DNA of 64,000 bases. Source: Amoebophrya sp. A120. Its lineage: Eukaryota; Protista; Dinoflagellata. This document shows, piece after piece, positions 61,754 to 64,000 of the stretch. The notes beneath the pieces are model-generated. The model ran no database searches. It was not told the origin of the DNA and saw only the letters and a program-made list of their open reading frames with translations. The stretch covers positions 752,627-816,626 of the forward strand of contig CAJINV010000007.1 in NCBI GenBank assembly GCA_905178155.1, written 5' to 3'. The stretch's first letter is position 1. The number at the start of each line of letters is the position of its first letter. The position numbers and the translations under genes were made by a program.

Positions 61754-63888
61754 TTGCGAATCGAGAAAGAACGGAAAGTCGAAGCAGAGAAAAAAGCTGC
61801 TGATGCAGCGAAAGAGCAGCCGAGTGGAGACCCGCAGCAGTGTAGTAGCATCTTGAGCGTGGATTTCGAGGTAGATACCTCGAGTTTCATCGAGGGACAG
61901 GCTGTCGCTGGCGGAGCCGCGACAGCGCCCGCCGCAAGCTCGGCTGCCGGCGGCGGGCCGGCTGCCGCGATCAATCTCCCAGGAGCAGGTAGCAGCGGAC
62001 CGCCCGCTGCTGCCTCCAGTAGCGGCTCTAATCTCGCCGATCCCGGGCCGAGTCCTATCCCGGAGTCCATCGACGAGCAGACCGCAGAGTTAATTAATCT
62101 TTTATCTGATGTTATCGAGCTACCGGAGGAAACCCCCGCAGGAGGCGCCGAAGCGCAGCCAGCGGGTGAGAACCCCGCAGCCAGTTCTAGCGCAGCACCA
62201 GCCACGGCGAGTGCAGGACACACGTCCACAGCACTTGTAGTCGACGATGGCTGGGTCGGTGACGATGAGCTGGAAGAATACGACTTCGTCACGGCGTCAG
62301 AGGCAGAATCGGAGACGATGGACATTGACCAGCAAATTAACCAAATCATGCTGAACTCGATGTCCGCACCAAACAGGAAAAAAGTAATCAAGGAATCGAA
62401 AACCTGGGACAGTTTCGCGCGCGGCGTGACGAAACTCGATCTCGATTTATTCCCGAACGCCATTGCGTTCTTCGACGATCTACCGCTAGACGCGACCGTG
62501 AAAGAGATGACTTCCGCGCAGCTCGACTCGTTTGTGTCGCAAAGCATCGCGGAATCCACAGCAAAAACATACCAATCCTTCCTCTCCGTAGTCGTGCCGG
62601 AGGTCTGTGACCTCGCGGGAAAAATAATCTGGCCGGTAAAATCGGAAAGGCAGGCGATCGCGTTCTTCTGCTTGTACCAGATGGCCATGCGGAAGAACCA
62701 CAAGGACAAATTAGTCGACGGCAAAATAAAATGGGGCAATTTCACGACGCTGCAGGCCGCAATCAACGTGTACAATTCCACCAGGCCGGAGTTATGCGAC
62801 TACAGCCTGTCCAACAAGACGTTGCTTTTCTACAGACTGTGGAGATCCTTCAAGAACTTGGCGTACCACGCGCCCCGGTCGCGAAAATTGCCGATAAAGT
62901 TTGAGGAAGTCATGCTAGTAATCCAGCAAGCCTACAAACAATTCAAGGAAGCGCACAAGTCGATAGACTGGGACGAAGCCCAGCCCGCGTTCAACCGGGT
63001 GACGATTTCGGCCGCGCCGCAGGCGCCGCCACGATCGGACCTCAGAAACCGGAAGTCGCGAACAAGTTGAAGAAGGCTATCGCGCTGCAGAGCGTCTGCA
63101 TAATCGCCATCGGTTTTTTCGGCGTCAGGAGAAGCGCTGAAATCAGGGAGCTGGAGTACAGCGACGTGGTCAAACACCGCATGAGCAGCGGCGAAATCTA
63201 CTTCGAAGTGCGAACAAAATTCGCCAAAAGCGATCGGTTTGGGAGGCAGTCTTACTGCGTCATCCCCGCCCTAATCTCACCGGTAGTCATGACGTGGAAG
63301 AAATGGGCAAGCGGTTTCATCGCGCACCACTCTAATCGAAGATACGCAGAAGCCGACCACCCGTTTTTCTTCGGCATAGGTGCCACGAACTACAAGGGCC
63401 GGGGAAAGAAAGTCAGCAAAGACTTCGTTCGCCACCACGTGAAAGAACAGTTCGTGTACGCGAGGAAGGGTACTTTCCAAGGTTCCGTGTCACTGCGACA
63501 CTCGGGCGCCCAGTTCTACCGGGACTCGGACCCGCGCGGTGAAGTGGCATTTTCCCAGGGCGGCTGGCGCAATAGCATGTGCCTAGATGGGACGTACGCC
63601 CCAATCAGGCACGACCACCTAATCTCACTCGTCAATCAATACTCGCAATCGGCCGCGAAGAGGTCTGAACAAGTTATGATAGTAATCGAATGCGAGAGAA
63701 CCTGGGCGCTCCCGCCGTCCTCGGTTTCCAAGCTCGGGGCATTGGAAAGCGCTACGCGGAGATTGAGCAGCAATTTCATCTCGCGCGCCGCGATCGAGAC
63801 ACACGCACCAAAGATCGCTGCAGGCCTGTTAAACGGCTCCATCAAGCCACAGTGCTTCCGCATTTTCCATGAGATCCTGTGCAACTAA
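61754..63888 (+). CDS. Tyrosine recombinase with an N-terminal core-binding-like region, split across two frames
   Basis: SIAESTAKTY (N-domain); FFGVRRSAE (R), KFAKSDRFG (K), VSLRHSGA (box II R), GGW, DGTY (candidate Tyr nucleophile). Confidence 0.85.
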
Positions 63889-64000
63889 TCTCCGCTGTCT
63901 CATACTGTATTTTTGTTGAAGCAACTGGGCGCGTTTTTTTGTTAAAAAGACGAAGGTGACGTCGACCAAAGGTAATTTTTTTCAAGAAAAAAATACGAGT

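Larger units (their letters stand above)
55041..64000 (+). mobile_element. Putative tyrosine-recombinase mobile element (boundaries uncertain; may continue beyond the window)
   Basis: Introner-free block of co-oriented ORFs with a zinc knuckle and a YR domain. Confidence 0.5.

Noticed and set aside
61690-62781. 363-aa minus-strand ORF
   Set aside because: Antisense shadow of the GC-rich YR N-terminal ORF.
63067-63888. The YR as the enzyme that mobilises the introners
   Set aside because: TIRs with variable 5-bp duplications fit DDE transposases better, and only proximity links them. It is not strictly excluded, since YRs also recombine short cores flanked by inverted sites.

Overview
Eukaryotic genomic DNA, most likely a syndinian dinoflagellate such as Amoebophrya (inferred from gene architecture, not from a search). 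The ORF track looks shattered because eight + strand genes are interrupted by 57 complete (plus 1 partial) non-canonical introner-type inserts, most 109-325 bp. Nearly all run TAT...ATA with long terminal inverted repeats and a 5-bp flanking direct repeat, and they lack GT-AG ends. Removing each insert plus one repeat copy restores continuous reading frames, which I checked by hand. The inserts form about 10 families plus 2 singletons, occur in both orientations, and all share an internal TGT(C/A/G)ATGC / GCAT(G/T/C)ACA motif. Reconstructed genes: DIS3/RRP44 (47902-54780), two Cys-rich membrane-protein paralogs, a protein with a C-terminal FkbM-like region, an R3H-like protein and a 16-aa-repeat membrane protein. 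Several introners host secondary insertions: Helitron-like elements (including a nested pair making a 5.1-kb intron) and retroposon tails. The last 9 kb is a different compartment with no introners, probable GT-AG introns, a zinc knuckle and a tyrosine recombinase, suggesting a spliced YR mobile element. No transposase for the introners is visible in the window.
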